IMG/VR virus record: IMGVR_UViG_3300047560_000767
Location: 6,356 to 70,355 of that record
Length of the DNA: 64,000 bases
Origin: a virus
Reading direction: 5' to 3' (one strand)
The notes beneath the pieces are model-generated. The model ran no database searches and was not told where the DNA came from. It worked only from the letters and a program-made list of their open reading frames with translations. Below are positions 19,405 to 30,300 of this stretch, one piece after another (positions within the stretch are counted from its first letter, which is position 1; every line of letters begins with the position of its first letter). The position numbers and the translations under genes are program-made.

Positions 19405-22400
19405 TTGATACCTCGCTTAAGTGAACCGTCATGCTTGGTCCAGATGAATTTTTAGAATAATCAATATTATAAATTACATATTCTGTTTGTGGTGAAGAGA
19501 CAATTCCTACGCCATCAGCATTGACATAATCAATCGTAACTATGTCACCAAGTTGTAGCATTGGATTAGCAAAAATTTCTAAGCCAATAGATTTTCTTGG
19601 CTTTGTAACTTTTGAAACTAGCCAAGACATCAGCCCCTTAGCCTCATCGGCAGTTTGAATATATGGTGCTGTTATAGAAAAATCATGCTTTCCATATGTC
19701 ATTCGGCTAACTTTAATATCTTCATATTTTTGATTTTCTTTTAATGGAGAAACTGCAAGTTGTCCAGAAGAATTAAATGAAGGATTAGAAAAATCACTAT
19801 TCTTATCGAAGAAGTTATCAACAGTTAATTCATTATTGGATTGCTGAGTAAAAGTAATTCCCTGTATACGTACATAGTTTCCACTTGTTTCATCAAGATT
19901 GATTGTTGTGTCTGTTGAATTAAATAACAAAAATTCTGCCCCATATGATCCAGCCTTAAAGCCAGACACCGTATATCCTTTTATTTTATTAAATGTAGGA
20001 GATAGTTGTGCATATAATGCTGGATAGGCTTTATCATATCTAATCTTTAAGAATGATGCCTCACGCATAATGGTTCCAAATTCCTCAAAATAAATATTAT
20101 ATTTTGGTGACTGCCCTGTAGAAATGCCAGTTAAATAAGTAGCCTGGATAACACCACTCATAGCATACTTTCTAAATGATTCATTTGCGTCTACCTCAGA
20201 ATCTCCAAATGCAGATGCTATTGGAGTATTTAATGAATAAACTGTATTTTGACTATAGTTATTACCAAGAGCATAGATATTTTCAAACATGCATCTAGTT
20301 GAACCACGAACAAATGGAGCAATGTAGTTATACTTTGGCAAAGGACTAGCGTCATCTACAGTTGCAATAATTTTGTTATTAATATATAAATAGAAACGTC
20401 TAATTGTTCCTATGTCCTCATACTCAACTGCCATATCAAACACGGTTGGTGTATCTTCATTGGCCATTCTATATTGACCAGTAAACTTACCATCATCTAC
20501 AATGATATTTCCAAGTCCGCCCCAAAGTTTAACAGGGATTGCATTTCCGCTACCGTCAGCCATGACTTTATAAAAAATCAGATTGTCTAGGTTGTCTGCA
20601 GTACCATTTGCATAAGAAGAAACATTTGTTGCTGTTAAAGCAATTAGTTCAAAATAGTATCCTACGTTTGTAGATGGATTTACCATTACCGCTAATCCAC
20701 CAGAACCACCGCTGATGTTGACTTGCTGGCTTGGGTCTGATCCAGTAACTACGTAATAAGTATTAACTCCAATTGGTGTTTGTCCACGTGTTTCACTTGT
20801 ATCAATTTTTCCAATAATTCTCATGCGTGTACCAAAATGCTTAAATGAGTCTGGAAGTTCTTTATATTGATATGAAATAAAGTCTGATGGTCTTTCTGTT
20901 ACAGAAAAACTAGGACCATTCATAACAAGAGCAGAAGACTGTACTGTTCCACTTTGCGTGCTTTTTAGATCATTAATTCCTGTTTCAGTCAAAAATGAAG
21001 TAGATAAGAAGTTTTTAATGACACCATTTCTAGTTGTTTTTTGTGCAAGAGTATTATTTTGCCCTGCTGCAGCATTAGTAAGTCCAAGTGCTGAAACCAT
21101 TGCCTCGGGAGATGCATAAGAATTATTTAACGCAAATATTTTATCGGATTGCATCATACATCCACGAACGTATGTATTGTCTGACCAATATGGATCTAGC
21201 CCAGAGTTATGAGAAACAACGGATGTACCAAACTGTCCACGACCATGTTTTGCTACTGCACCATTCTTCAATTGAGTTGTACCAGCAACAACTTCATAAT
21301 CTGGCTCTGCATAAATACGAACAATGCCAGTAGGGTACATTTTGCCGTTAAATGGAAGTTTTGCAAAATATGACTGATAGTCCTGAGTACTAGTAATCCA
21401 TACGTTGCCAGCACCGCTTATTGCATACTGGACTGCATCGTATTTGATGACTTCACCATTAGAATAAAAATATCCATTATAACGAGAAAGCCAATAAACA
21501 CCTTCACCCATATCAATGACGTTATTAATAATTTTATTGCCAGATACTGTTGGTACCGCTGCGGATAGGGTGCTATTTAATGGTATGGCAGCAAGAGTAT
21601 ATGCAGACTGATTGCCAGAATCATCATTTATAGGTCTTACGGATTGCTCTCCAGAAATTTCCCATAGCAGAACTGGCTTATATATCCAAGACTTTGCTTC
21701 ATTTGCATTATCAATAAGGCTTGCCTGCCTAATGGTTCCATATGTTTTTTGAATATATCTAGTTTGATATGTAATCTTTCCATCATTATAAACAGAATTA
21801 TCTTTACTTGCTATTTGAATAATATTTGATAATTTTCTATTTGTTGTGCTATTCTTGATTGCACCATTTTCAATAAAGTCGTTAGTTCCTCGCAAAACAA
21901 AATCAACCTGACGTGCACCAGAATCTGGAAGAATATAATCTTTGGACATCATCACAAGATTATTATATTCATCAAAGAACATTGCGGTTTGAGTGGAAAC
22001 AGCCAAATCATTTAAAACTTGTGCAACAGTTTTGTCTGGCCCAATAAAGAAAAATGGGATAATTGGTTCTTTTGTTTTGTCAATTCTTTTAAAGGTGTAG
22101 TTTGAATAGCCAACAGAATCTAAAAGAAGTGAGATAGCATAACTCAAAGATACGTCTCTTACTAAAATCTCTGGAGCAGTCAATGTTTCAAAATAAAAGA
22201 ACATATCTCTCAAACTCAATGACACTCTTCGGTCTTGAACATTAAGTTTTGGAAAACCATCGATGTACATGGTCTTTAGTGGAACATAGTAGTCATACCC
22301 ATTAACATCTACAATAATTTCATATAGTTTAACCTGAATATTTTTTGCTAAATATCCAGATATTATACTATCCATATTGGTTTCGTTAAATGCTTGATCA

Positions 22401-23728
22401 TAATCAAATACTTCTAGTGTACCAATTGATGCAAGTAGTTGGCCTACTGGAAGTCCAGTATTTCCCAAATCTGATGCAATCTTAGAAATATTAAATGATG
22501 TAATCTTGCTTGATAGGTCAACAGATAGTCTTGGTGAAATTTCAATGAGATCAAACCTTGAGTTTATGCAATTCATGGTTTCAGCAACAACTCTAATTCC
22601 AGAAATAAATTCAAACTCTCTATATGATGTCACATTATTAACTGGGTCAAGGAATGTTGCTGGAGATGTTAAGTCTGTGACAAAGTTAGTTAGTCTATCT
22701 ACAGTCTCTTCTTGTAAATACCAACCATATGTTGGTGTAAAGGTTTCGTATTTACCATCATTCCAAATATAGTAGGTTCCAAGTTCTGAGTCACTAGTTT
22801 TAATTAAATATGCATATCCTACTACAGACTCTTCTGGAAGCATGACTGTGCTTGAATACTCTTCTGCTTTGATAAAGATTTCTCTATATCTCTCTGGTAC
22901 GATTAATCCATAGGCTAACTCAACATACCCGTCGCTTTTAATAATTGATGTACCATCTCTACGAACCGAGGCTGGATTAAATGACATCGCATCTATCCAC
23001 GTGTTATTCTGTAATGTTTGAATCTTCCATTTAACTGGAGTTGTTTTATTACTGTCGCCATATAAAGGATCTGCAAATGATCCTGCTGGACTAGAAAATG
23101 GTCCTAGATCAACATTTCCAACATTTGTTTGCATCTTAACAACTATTCTGTTTGTTGGAACTTTATTTTCATATACAACAAAAGGTGCAGCATCATCTAT
23201 ATAGTATTGGCCGTTTGTTTGTTTGGTGGCAATTCCTCGCTCTACCCCAGATTCAGTTCTAAAAGATGACCAGTATTTAAATCCATCATTCTTATCGGCC
23301 ATATAATATCTTGGACGATTAAACATTTCCATATTTGAATGATGCAAAAATGTTTTTGTAAAATAAGATGCTTTATTGATACCAGATCTAGGTCTAAATT
23401 TCTTAAAGCAGTCTTCTAAAGAATAAAGCGTTGTTACTTTTTGCTTGTTAGATTGAAAAAGAATAGGTTCATTATTATCGTCATATCCACCATCTACAGT
23501 AATATCAGCATCTGTTGCTCCAGTATAAAACTTTCCCTGATCATTTTCATCAAAGGAATTCATCAATGTGCGATAAATAGAATTAGTTTCTTGTGGTCTG
23601 TACCGATAATTTCCAATTGCTTTAATATTTTCAGCAATGTTCATATTCCATTCAGCAACAATTGCAGACTGACTTCTAACAGTAGAAGATTCTTCCAAGT
23701 GCTTTTTTAATTCATCACTTTGAAACAT
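19397..23728 (-). CDS. large tail-tip / hub (Tal-like) protein
   Basis: 1443 aa, two genes after the TMP; MFFDEYNNL and NPMLQLGDIV hub-like motifs. Confidence 0.7.
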   Translation of the reverse strand: MFQSDELKKHLEESSTVRSQSAIVAEWNMNIAENIKAIGNYRYRPQETNSIYRTLMNSFDENDQGKFYTGATDADITVDGGYDDNNEPILFQSNKQKVTTLYSLEDCFKKFRPRSGINKASYFTKTFLHHSNMEMFNRPRYYMADKNDGFKYWSSFRTESGVERGIATKQTNGQYYIDDAAPFVVYENKVPTNRIVVKMQTNVGNVDLGPFSSPAGSFADPLYGDSNKTTPVKWKIQTLQNNTWIDAMSFNPASVRRDGTSIIKSDGYVELAYGLIVPERYREIFIKAEEYSSTVMLPEESVVGYAYLIKTSDSELGTYYIWNDGKYETFTPTYGWYLQEETVDRLTNFVTDLTSPATFLDPVNNVTSYREFEFISGIRVVAETMNCINSRFDLIEISPRLSVDLSSKITSFNISKIASDLGNTGLPVGQLLASIGTLEVFDYDQAFNETNMDSIISGYLAKNIQVKLYEIIVDVNGYDYYVPLKTMYIDGFPKLNVQDRRVSLSLRDMFFYFETLTAPEILVRDVSLSYAISLLLDSVGYSNYTFKRIDKTKEPIIPFFFIGPDKTVAQVLNDLAVSTQTAMFFDEYNNLVMMSKDYILPDSGARQVDFVLRGTNDFIENGAIKNSTTNRKLSNIIQIASKDNSVYNDGKITYQTRYIQKTYGTIRQASLIDNANEAKSWIYKPVLLWEISGEQSVRPINDDSGNQSAYTLAAIPLNSTLSAAVPTVSGNKIINNVIDMGEGVYWLSRYNGYFYSNGEVIKYDAVQYAISGAGNVWITSTQDYQSYFAKLPFNGKMYPTGIVRIYAEPDYEVVAGTTQLKNGAVAKHGRGQFGTSVVSHNSGLDPYWSDNTYVRGCMMQSDKIFALNNSYASPEAMVSALGLTNAAAGQNNTLAQKTTRNGVIKNFLSTSFLTETGINDLKSTQSGTVQSSALVMNGPSFSVTERPSDFISYQYKELPDSFKHFGTRMRIIGKIDTSETRGQTPIGVNTYYVVTGSDPSQQVNISGGSGGLAVMVNPSTNVGYYFELIALTATNVSSYANGTADNLDNLIFYKVMADGSGNAIPVKLWGGLGNIIVDDGKFTGQYRMANEDTPTVFDMAVEYEDIGTIRRFYLYINNKIIATVDDASPLPKYNYIAPFVRGSTRCMFENIYALGNNYSQNTVYSLNTPIASAFGDSEVDANESFRKYAMSGVIQATYLTGISTGQSPKYNIYFEEFGTIMREASFLKIRYDKAYPALYAQLSPTFNKIKGYTVSGFKAGSYGAEFLLFNSTDTTINLDETSGNYVRIQGITFTQQSNNELTVDNFFDKNSDFSNPSFNSSGQLAVSPLKENQKYEDIKVSRMTYGKHDFSITAPYIQTADEAKGLMSWLVSKVTKPRKSIGLEIFANPMLQLGDIVTIDYVNADGVGIVSSPQTEYVIYNIDYSKNSSGPSMTVHLSEVSNG

Positions 23729-24388
23729 TTAAACCTCTTCCAGAGTTATATTTATATTCCAAAGGTCAAAGTTACTTCCACCACGCTTAATAACATTATA
23801 TGAAAAATCAGAGATATACATTTCTATTAATTGATTGTATTGTGGTAAGTGGGCATATGCAGCATCATCTTTTCCAAATACAGAATATTTATCATATGCT
23901 AAAAATACCCAAAACGGTCCCTTATGATTTTCATACCAATCCAAAATCTCTACTCCACCAGCACCGCCATCTGATGTATATTCTGTATCTGTAGAATTGG
24001 GAACTCCACGCCCCCCAGCATATTCAGACTTTCCTGTAGTAGCATTAAATAATGGCTGTGCATAATAGGATCTAGATGGCAAAAGTTCCCAGCCTGTTGT
24101 AAGAGAAAGTTTATCAGCAATGTGATACGAACGCATACGACCATTAATCATACGTTCACGTTTTTCAATTCTTATTGGTTTAAAGTCTAGAGGTTGTCTA
24201 TTGTCATCTGATAAAATCAAAAACTGATTCAACATTAAAGGATCTGTCTCTGTTCCAGGATCTCCATTTACTTCTATCCCATTTGGAACATACAAACCAT
24301 CTACTAAAGTTCCAGAGTTTTCAGACCATAGCATTGCCTGTGGTCTTGCGTACTTTTTTCTACCGCTCATATATGATGCTGAAGTCAT
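23729..24388 (-). CDS. distal tail (Dit-like) protein
   Basis: Immediately after the TMP; RMINGRMR...WNINITLEEV. Confidence 0.65.
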   Translation of the reverse strand: MTSASYMSGRKKYARPQAMLWSENSGTLVDGLYVPNGIEVNGDPGTETDPLMLNQFLILSDDNRQPLDFKPIRIEKRERMINGRMRSYHIADKLSLTTGWELLPSRSYYAQPLFNATTGKSEYAGGRGVPNSTDTEYTSDGGAGGVEILDWYENHKGPFWVFLAYDKYSVFGKDDAAYAHLPQYNQLIEMYISDFSYNVIKRGGSNFDLWNINITLEEV

Positions 24389-27300
24389 TAGTTGTTAACA
24401 CCTCTTATTTTTTTAGAGTCAATGTACTTAATCTGTGTCATTACAGCACGAGCAATTTCATCTGGATTTGCATCAGATTTGACATTTACGCTTAGGTTAT
24501 AATTATACACTGATTCGCCACTATATGTGCCACTATTGATGCTCTTGAGTCTATCAACACCAAAATTTTCAACTGCGTATTTCTTTACAACAAATTCTCC
24601 TGGTGTTAGCATTGCTGGTACAGTATCAGTTCCAATAGCAAACCCACCAGTACCAAAATACTTAGGAACAATACCTCCTGTAGCAAATGTTGGCATTGCT
24701 TGTGCTGCTGCAAGTGCAGCATTTGCTGCAGATAATTCATTGGCTGCATCTTTTTGCATTGCATCTGAAACACGTTGTCCCACAGCAAAGGCAAGTCGTT
24801 GTGCGGTAGCCATGTGATCATTTGCTAATGCAATTGCTTTATTTGCTGCTGTTATTGCTGCATCACGTGCTGCAACCTTTGCTGGATCTACCGTAACTTT
24901 CTTTTCATCTGCAGTGACTTGAGGACTTCCTTGAGTACTAGATCCAACATGCTGTTCAACAATATTAAGATATACAGTCTTATCTTTAAGATTAGTCCAG
25001 TTTGTGTAAATTGCCTTAATTGCAGTTAGTGCATTGTTCATAGCGGTTGTATAGGCATCTCCCGCAGTCTTAGCAAGATCTGAGGCATTTTTAATATTGC
25101 CCCACTCATCTTTAGACAAACCCTGTACACGAAGATTTTCTTTTGCACTCTTAATTGTTTCATTTAATGTATCAAGTGCATCTTGTGCTGGCTTAAGTTC
25201 ATTTTGTTCAATATCATAGATATCGTTTTTAAGATTTTTGATTCTTGCCTCAATTTGTGCACGTGTCTCTCCCTGTGCATTGACTAAAGAGTTAATAGCA
25301 ATTGTTCTAGCATCTTCAAGTGCCTTAGTCATTCTAGACTGGGCATCACTTGCATTTTGTGCACGCATTTCTTGTGCTGCATTTGCTGCTGCTGCGATAT
25401 CTCCAGATGTAAGTGCTCCAGCAAGTGTTAGTTGTTGCTGTTGCTGACGCATAGCCTGTTCATTGATAGTCTTAATCTCATCTAGGGCCTGAAGTCTTGC
25501 ATCGTATGCCTTATTGATAGATGTTTCTTTTTCTGACATTACATCTAGATCATGGTTAGCAGTTCCTATTAAGTCATTCTTACCTTTAATCTTTTTATTA
25601 GCAGCATCAATATTTGCTGTTTGCTTTTTAATAGAATCGGCATACTTGTAGTCAATCGCTTGTTCTAATGCAGAGAATCTTTCCATAGCCTTTGCATATC
25701 CATCGTCAACTAGGCTAGTTTGTCCTTCGAGAGTAGAGAGGGCTTCCTTGAGATTAATTCCTTTACTTGTTTCTTTAATCTTTGCAAGTAGGTCTCCCAT
25801 TTGCTTTAACTTAGTTGGGTCAATTGATCCCGTTGCAATTGCTGCAGCAAGTCCTTGATCTTTAACCATCTCAAGTGCCTGAGCACTGCCAACTCCAGCC
25901 TTTTGCAATATATCAAAAGCATTGCCTTCTCCTTGTACCTGAGTGAGAACTTTTTGATTATCGCTTTGGAATTTTCCAAGATTAATTGATGCAATCAAAG
26001 AATTGATTTCTTGTGCAGACTGTCTTAGTCCTGTAATATTTCCCTTAGCATCAAAATTAAATAGATTCTTTTTACGTTTTTCAAAATCTGCTGGGTCCAT
26101 TCCAGTAATTAAGGAAATAAAATCTTCGCCAACAAATTGTCCCTTAAGGTTTCTTAGATCTTGCTCAATACCGCTAAATGGGCTTTGTACGCTCTTTGTA
26201 CCAATCTTCTTATACATGCTATCCAAGAACTTCATAGAAGCATCCCAACCAGTAGGAAGATTCTTCAGTGTATTATTCTGAAGATCTTGGTATTGCTTAA
26301 TAAAAGTATCTAATGGAGATGCAGTAGGCTTTGTTGGTGTAGTAGTGCTACCACCACCACCGCCACCAGTACCCGTATCTGGATTATACTTTTTCATATA
26401 CCATGCTGAAGCCTCTGCTTGTCCTGCAGCAGAATTTTTCCATGCATTAAATTGTGCCTGTGCTGTTCTTCCCTTACCAAAATCAGAAACCTTTTTGCCA
26501 CCAGCAGCAATGTATTGATCCATGTAGTTGGCATTTTGTCCAGCGACAAAGTCTAAGATAATGGAATGTTTAGCAGTTGTAGACTTTCCAAAAATAGCAT
26601 CCCAATTTGCAAACACTTGCTCCATGAGTGCTTTTTGATTTGGATCTTTGGAGTTCATTGCATATTCGTGAACCATCTTTTTAGTCAGTGGATCTGGTAA
26701 ATCCTTAATAGCAGTAACAGCGGTAGCAACTTCTGCAATTTCTTTAGCACCTTTTTGCTTCCAGTCAAATGTAACTCCGTATTTTGATTTCATTCCATTA
26801 ATAACTTTAAGGGCATCCATATTACTTTGGAAGTTTTTAGGATCTTTATTTATGAAATCCATATAAACTGGAATTTGTGCTTGCTCAATTCCTGATCCAG
26901 AAAGTAGTTGTAACACAAGTGCAGCATCTGCATCAGACCCAGCGGTTGTTACCAATAAATTATATTTACTTTCAATGTTTGGATTTGCTTTAAACATATT
27001 AATAAGACTTAAAATAGTAACAGGATCGATGTTACCAGATGCAAACTGAAATTCCAGTGTTGTCTTGAACTTACTATCGCTCATACCACTAAGTTCTGAG
27101 ATAGCCTTATCAGAGAATACTTTCATTGGACCCTCTTTATAAAGGCTTTGTGCTTGTGCTTCCATTGCTGTCTTAAATACATCTGAACCCATAGCATTTG
27201 CCTGCTTTAACAAATAATCTAACTGCTCTTTATTTTTAGCAGTAATTTGATCAATAGCAGTCTTGCGTTCAGCCTCTTTTTGGTTTATCTGATCTTGTAG

Positions 27301-30300
27301 TTGTGCCTGTCTAGCCTTATCAGTAGTTGCTGCTTTTTGTGCTGTAAGGGTTTTAATTTGTGTATCATATTGTTTGTTTAAAGAGTCAACTAATCCCTGG
27401 TTTTGAGCAACCTGATTAATTCCCATTTGTAATGCTGCTGCTGCAAGTTCATTATTTTGTTGTTGCTTTTGATTCATTGATGTTGCACCTTGATATGCAC
27501 TTGCTGCACCTGCTGCAGCCAATCCCACACCAGCAACAGAAGCCCCAGTACTTACTCCAGCACTAAATGGTGCTGCTGCTAACCCAGCAGTTGCAATAAG
27601 CCCACCAATAACTGCAGAGCCAACTCCTCCAACAATTTTACCCACATCAACAAAGTTAACAACATCTACAGAATTTTTAATAGCGTTTTCAAAGCCAGAC
27701 TGAACATTATCAAATGATTGCTGTTGAACCTGTAGTGCTATTTGTAGTGGGCTTTGAAGTAGGTTCTCTCCATTTGGTCCAAATAGATTTGTAAGATTTC
27801 CACTTACCTGCAAAGGAATTTCATAACTACCAAGTTTATCTCCTAATGCTGCAACAATACCCCTTGCCTGATCTGTTGTTAGGATTCCCTGCATAATAGC
27901 ATTAGACATCTGGTTAGTTAGCGTAGCAACAGCCATCTGCTTACCACCAGACTTTGCAGCATTTGCCATGTCCGCCATCAGAGATTTGCCATAATCTGAC
28001 TCAACAACGTTTTGACCAAACTTTCTAGTAGCATCCGTTGTATTTGGAATAAGCGAATCTGACCTTGTTCTTTGGGCAAGTTCTGTGGCACTAACAGTGC
28101 CTGTAAGTTTGGAAAGTTCTACAAGTTTATTGTTAGTCATAAACATTGAGTTTGCTAGTTCAATACCACGCTTTCTAGCCTGATTAATGCTATCATTCCA
28201 CTTCCAAATTGAAAAACCAATTGCAGCAACTGCTGCTACAGCAGCAACCCATGGATTAGCCATAAGTGGCAAAACGGTTGCGATTCCCTGAACAGCAAAA
28301 GCAAGAGGCATAACCTGACCTGCTACCTCTGCAAGTTTTCCTCCTGCCATAGAAGCAGCAATGCTGACACCAGCAATTGCACCTGCACCAATTGCAACCT
28401 TACCAGAATATGCAGAAAGTCTTTGCTTAAGTGGGGCAGTCTCTTTATTAACTTCTTGCATAGCCTTATTTTGTGCTAAAGCAAGTTTGTTTTCTTCCTC
28501 TAATGCCTTTGCTTTCTTTTCTTCTAACTTAGCAAGAACTGCTTCTCTCTCTGCCATCTTACGACGTGCACGCATTTCAGGAGTGATATCTCCAGTTGTT
28601 CCATAAGTTACTACACGATTTTGTAGTGGATTTGTTGGATCATATCCGTCTGCACGACCAGGAATCATTCCTCTATTAAGAGCAGCAACTCCGCCCATTG
28701 CCTTTGCAGTCTGAACGCCTTTACGACTTAAAATTGCTTCATTTTGTGCATCAATTAATGCAAGGCTTGTGTCATTAGCATTTCCGCCTTGTCTAATTCT
28801 TGATATTGCAGACTTTGATGCAATCTGTGCTAGATCAACTACAGTTGCTGCCTTGGCACCCTTATTAAATGTTCCAACATATTCGTCAACGATTTGTCCG
28901 AGGATTCCTGCCTGTGCAAGCGATGAAAGTTTTCCAGGTTCATTCTGACCAACTGCCGATTCAAATGCAGCAATTTCTCTAAGCATTCCATAGTGCTCTG
29001 ATGTTGTTGGGTGAATATTCTTTAATGCTGCAAATGACTTTTTGAGCGATGCAATCTTTCCTGCATTTAGTCCTAGTTTTTTAGCAAGCAATGGATTTGA
29101 TTCTGCTTCTGCAAGAACCTGTAGCAGTTTAGGATTTCCACCCTGAACTCTATACTGTAAGTATTTATTGACCAATCCTGTATCTGCTACAACCTGACCC
29201 TCTGACCACTTTTGATCTCCACCACCAGCATGTGCCAAGTGTGACATATCTAGTTTGTTATAATTTGCAATAGTCTTTGCATCAGTGATTCCAGCCTTTT
29301 TAAAACGATCTGTAATCCAATTTCTTTCAGTCTGAAGTTTAGCCTTTTCTTCTTCTGGCAAAGACTCCATAACAGACTTTCTAACGCCAGCAGATGCACC
29401 TGTAGGTGGTTTGGTTGGCATTCTTGACATAAACCTTGAAGTGCTAAATCCAACCTTGCTAATGTGTCCTTCTGGGTCTTTTCGTGATCCAGTAATATAT
29501 CCAAAATGTTGAGCAAATGTCTCTTCAGACATAAGGCTCCAAGTTTTACCATCTTTTCCAATAACAGCAATGCGACCATCTGGGTGATACATAACCTTAC
29601 CTGGATTAGACATAACCTCAGATACTGAATCTTTATTTCTTAAATACGAAGACTTAAGTTTTTGCATTATGGCTTGTTCGTCAGGACTTGCCTTAAAGTA
29701 ATCTTCGTCAAATTTAGTTCTTGAACCAATAGGGTTTCCAAGATAGTATTCATCTGATTCTTTAAATCTTGATTCTAAAATTGAACTTGGCACCTTAATA
29801 AAGCCACTAGGTAATTTGGAGACGTTAGTTCTAGAGGCTACTTTTCCTGGCTGTGTTACTTCTTCTGTACCCTCGTTGTATCCACGTAACTTTCTTCCCT
29901 GTACAAGTGCTGCAACGATTGGCTTATTATCAGGATGTTGTGCTGCTCCCGCTGGAATAACTGCTTCACCTGGAGTAAGCATTGAAAAGACTGTATCTTG
30001 GTTGCCACTTCCTGGAACTCTTGTTGTACCAGAATTATACCTTTGTCCTGGCTTATAGCCTGGAATCATTGAACGTGGATTTGTCATAGCAAAATCACGT
30101 TGTGCTTGTGTTGCTGCTCTTAATGATGAGATAAGATTTCTGAGTGCAGAAGCCTCACCGCTATAAGCCTGTGTAAGGTTTGAGTGAACCTGTTCCAGTG
30201 ATGCAGCAACAGTAGCATTTTTAATTTGTTCACTTGTCATGTACTCGGTATTCATACCCAGAGTTTGTGATTGACCAGTTAACTTCTGGAATCCGCCACG

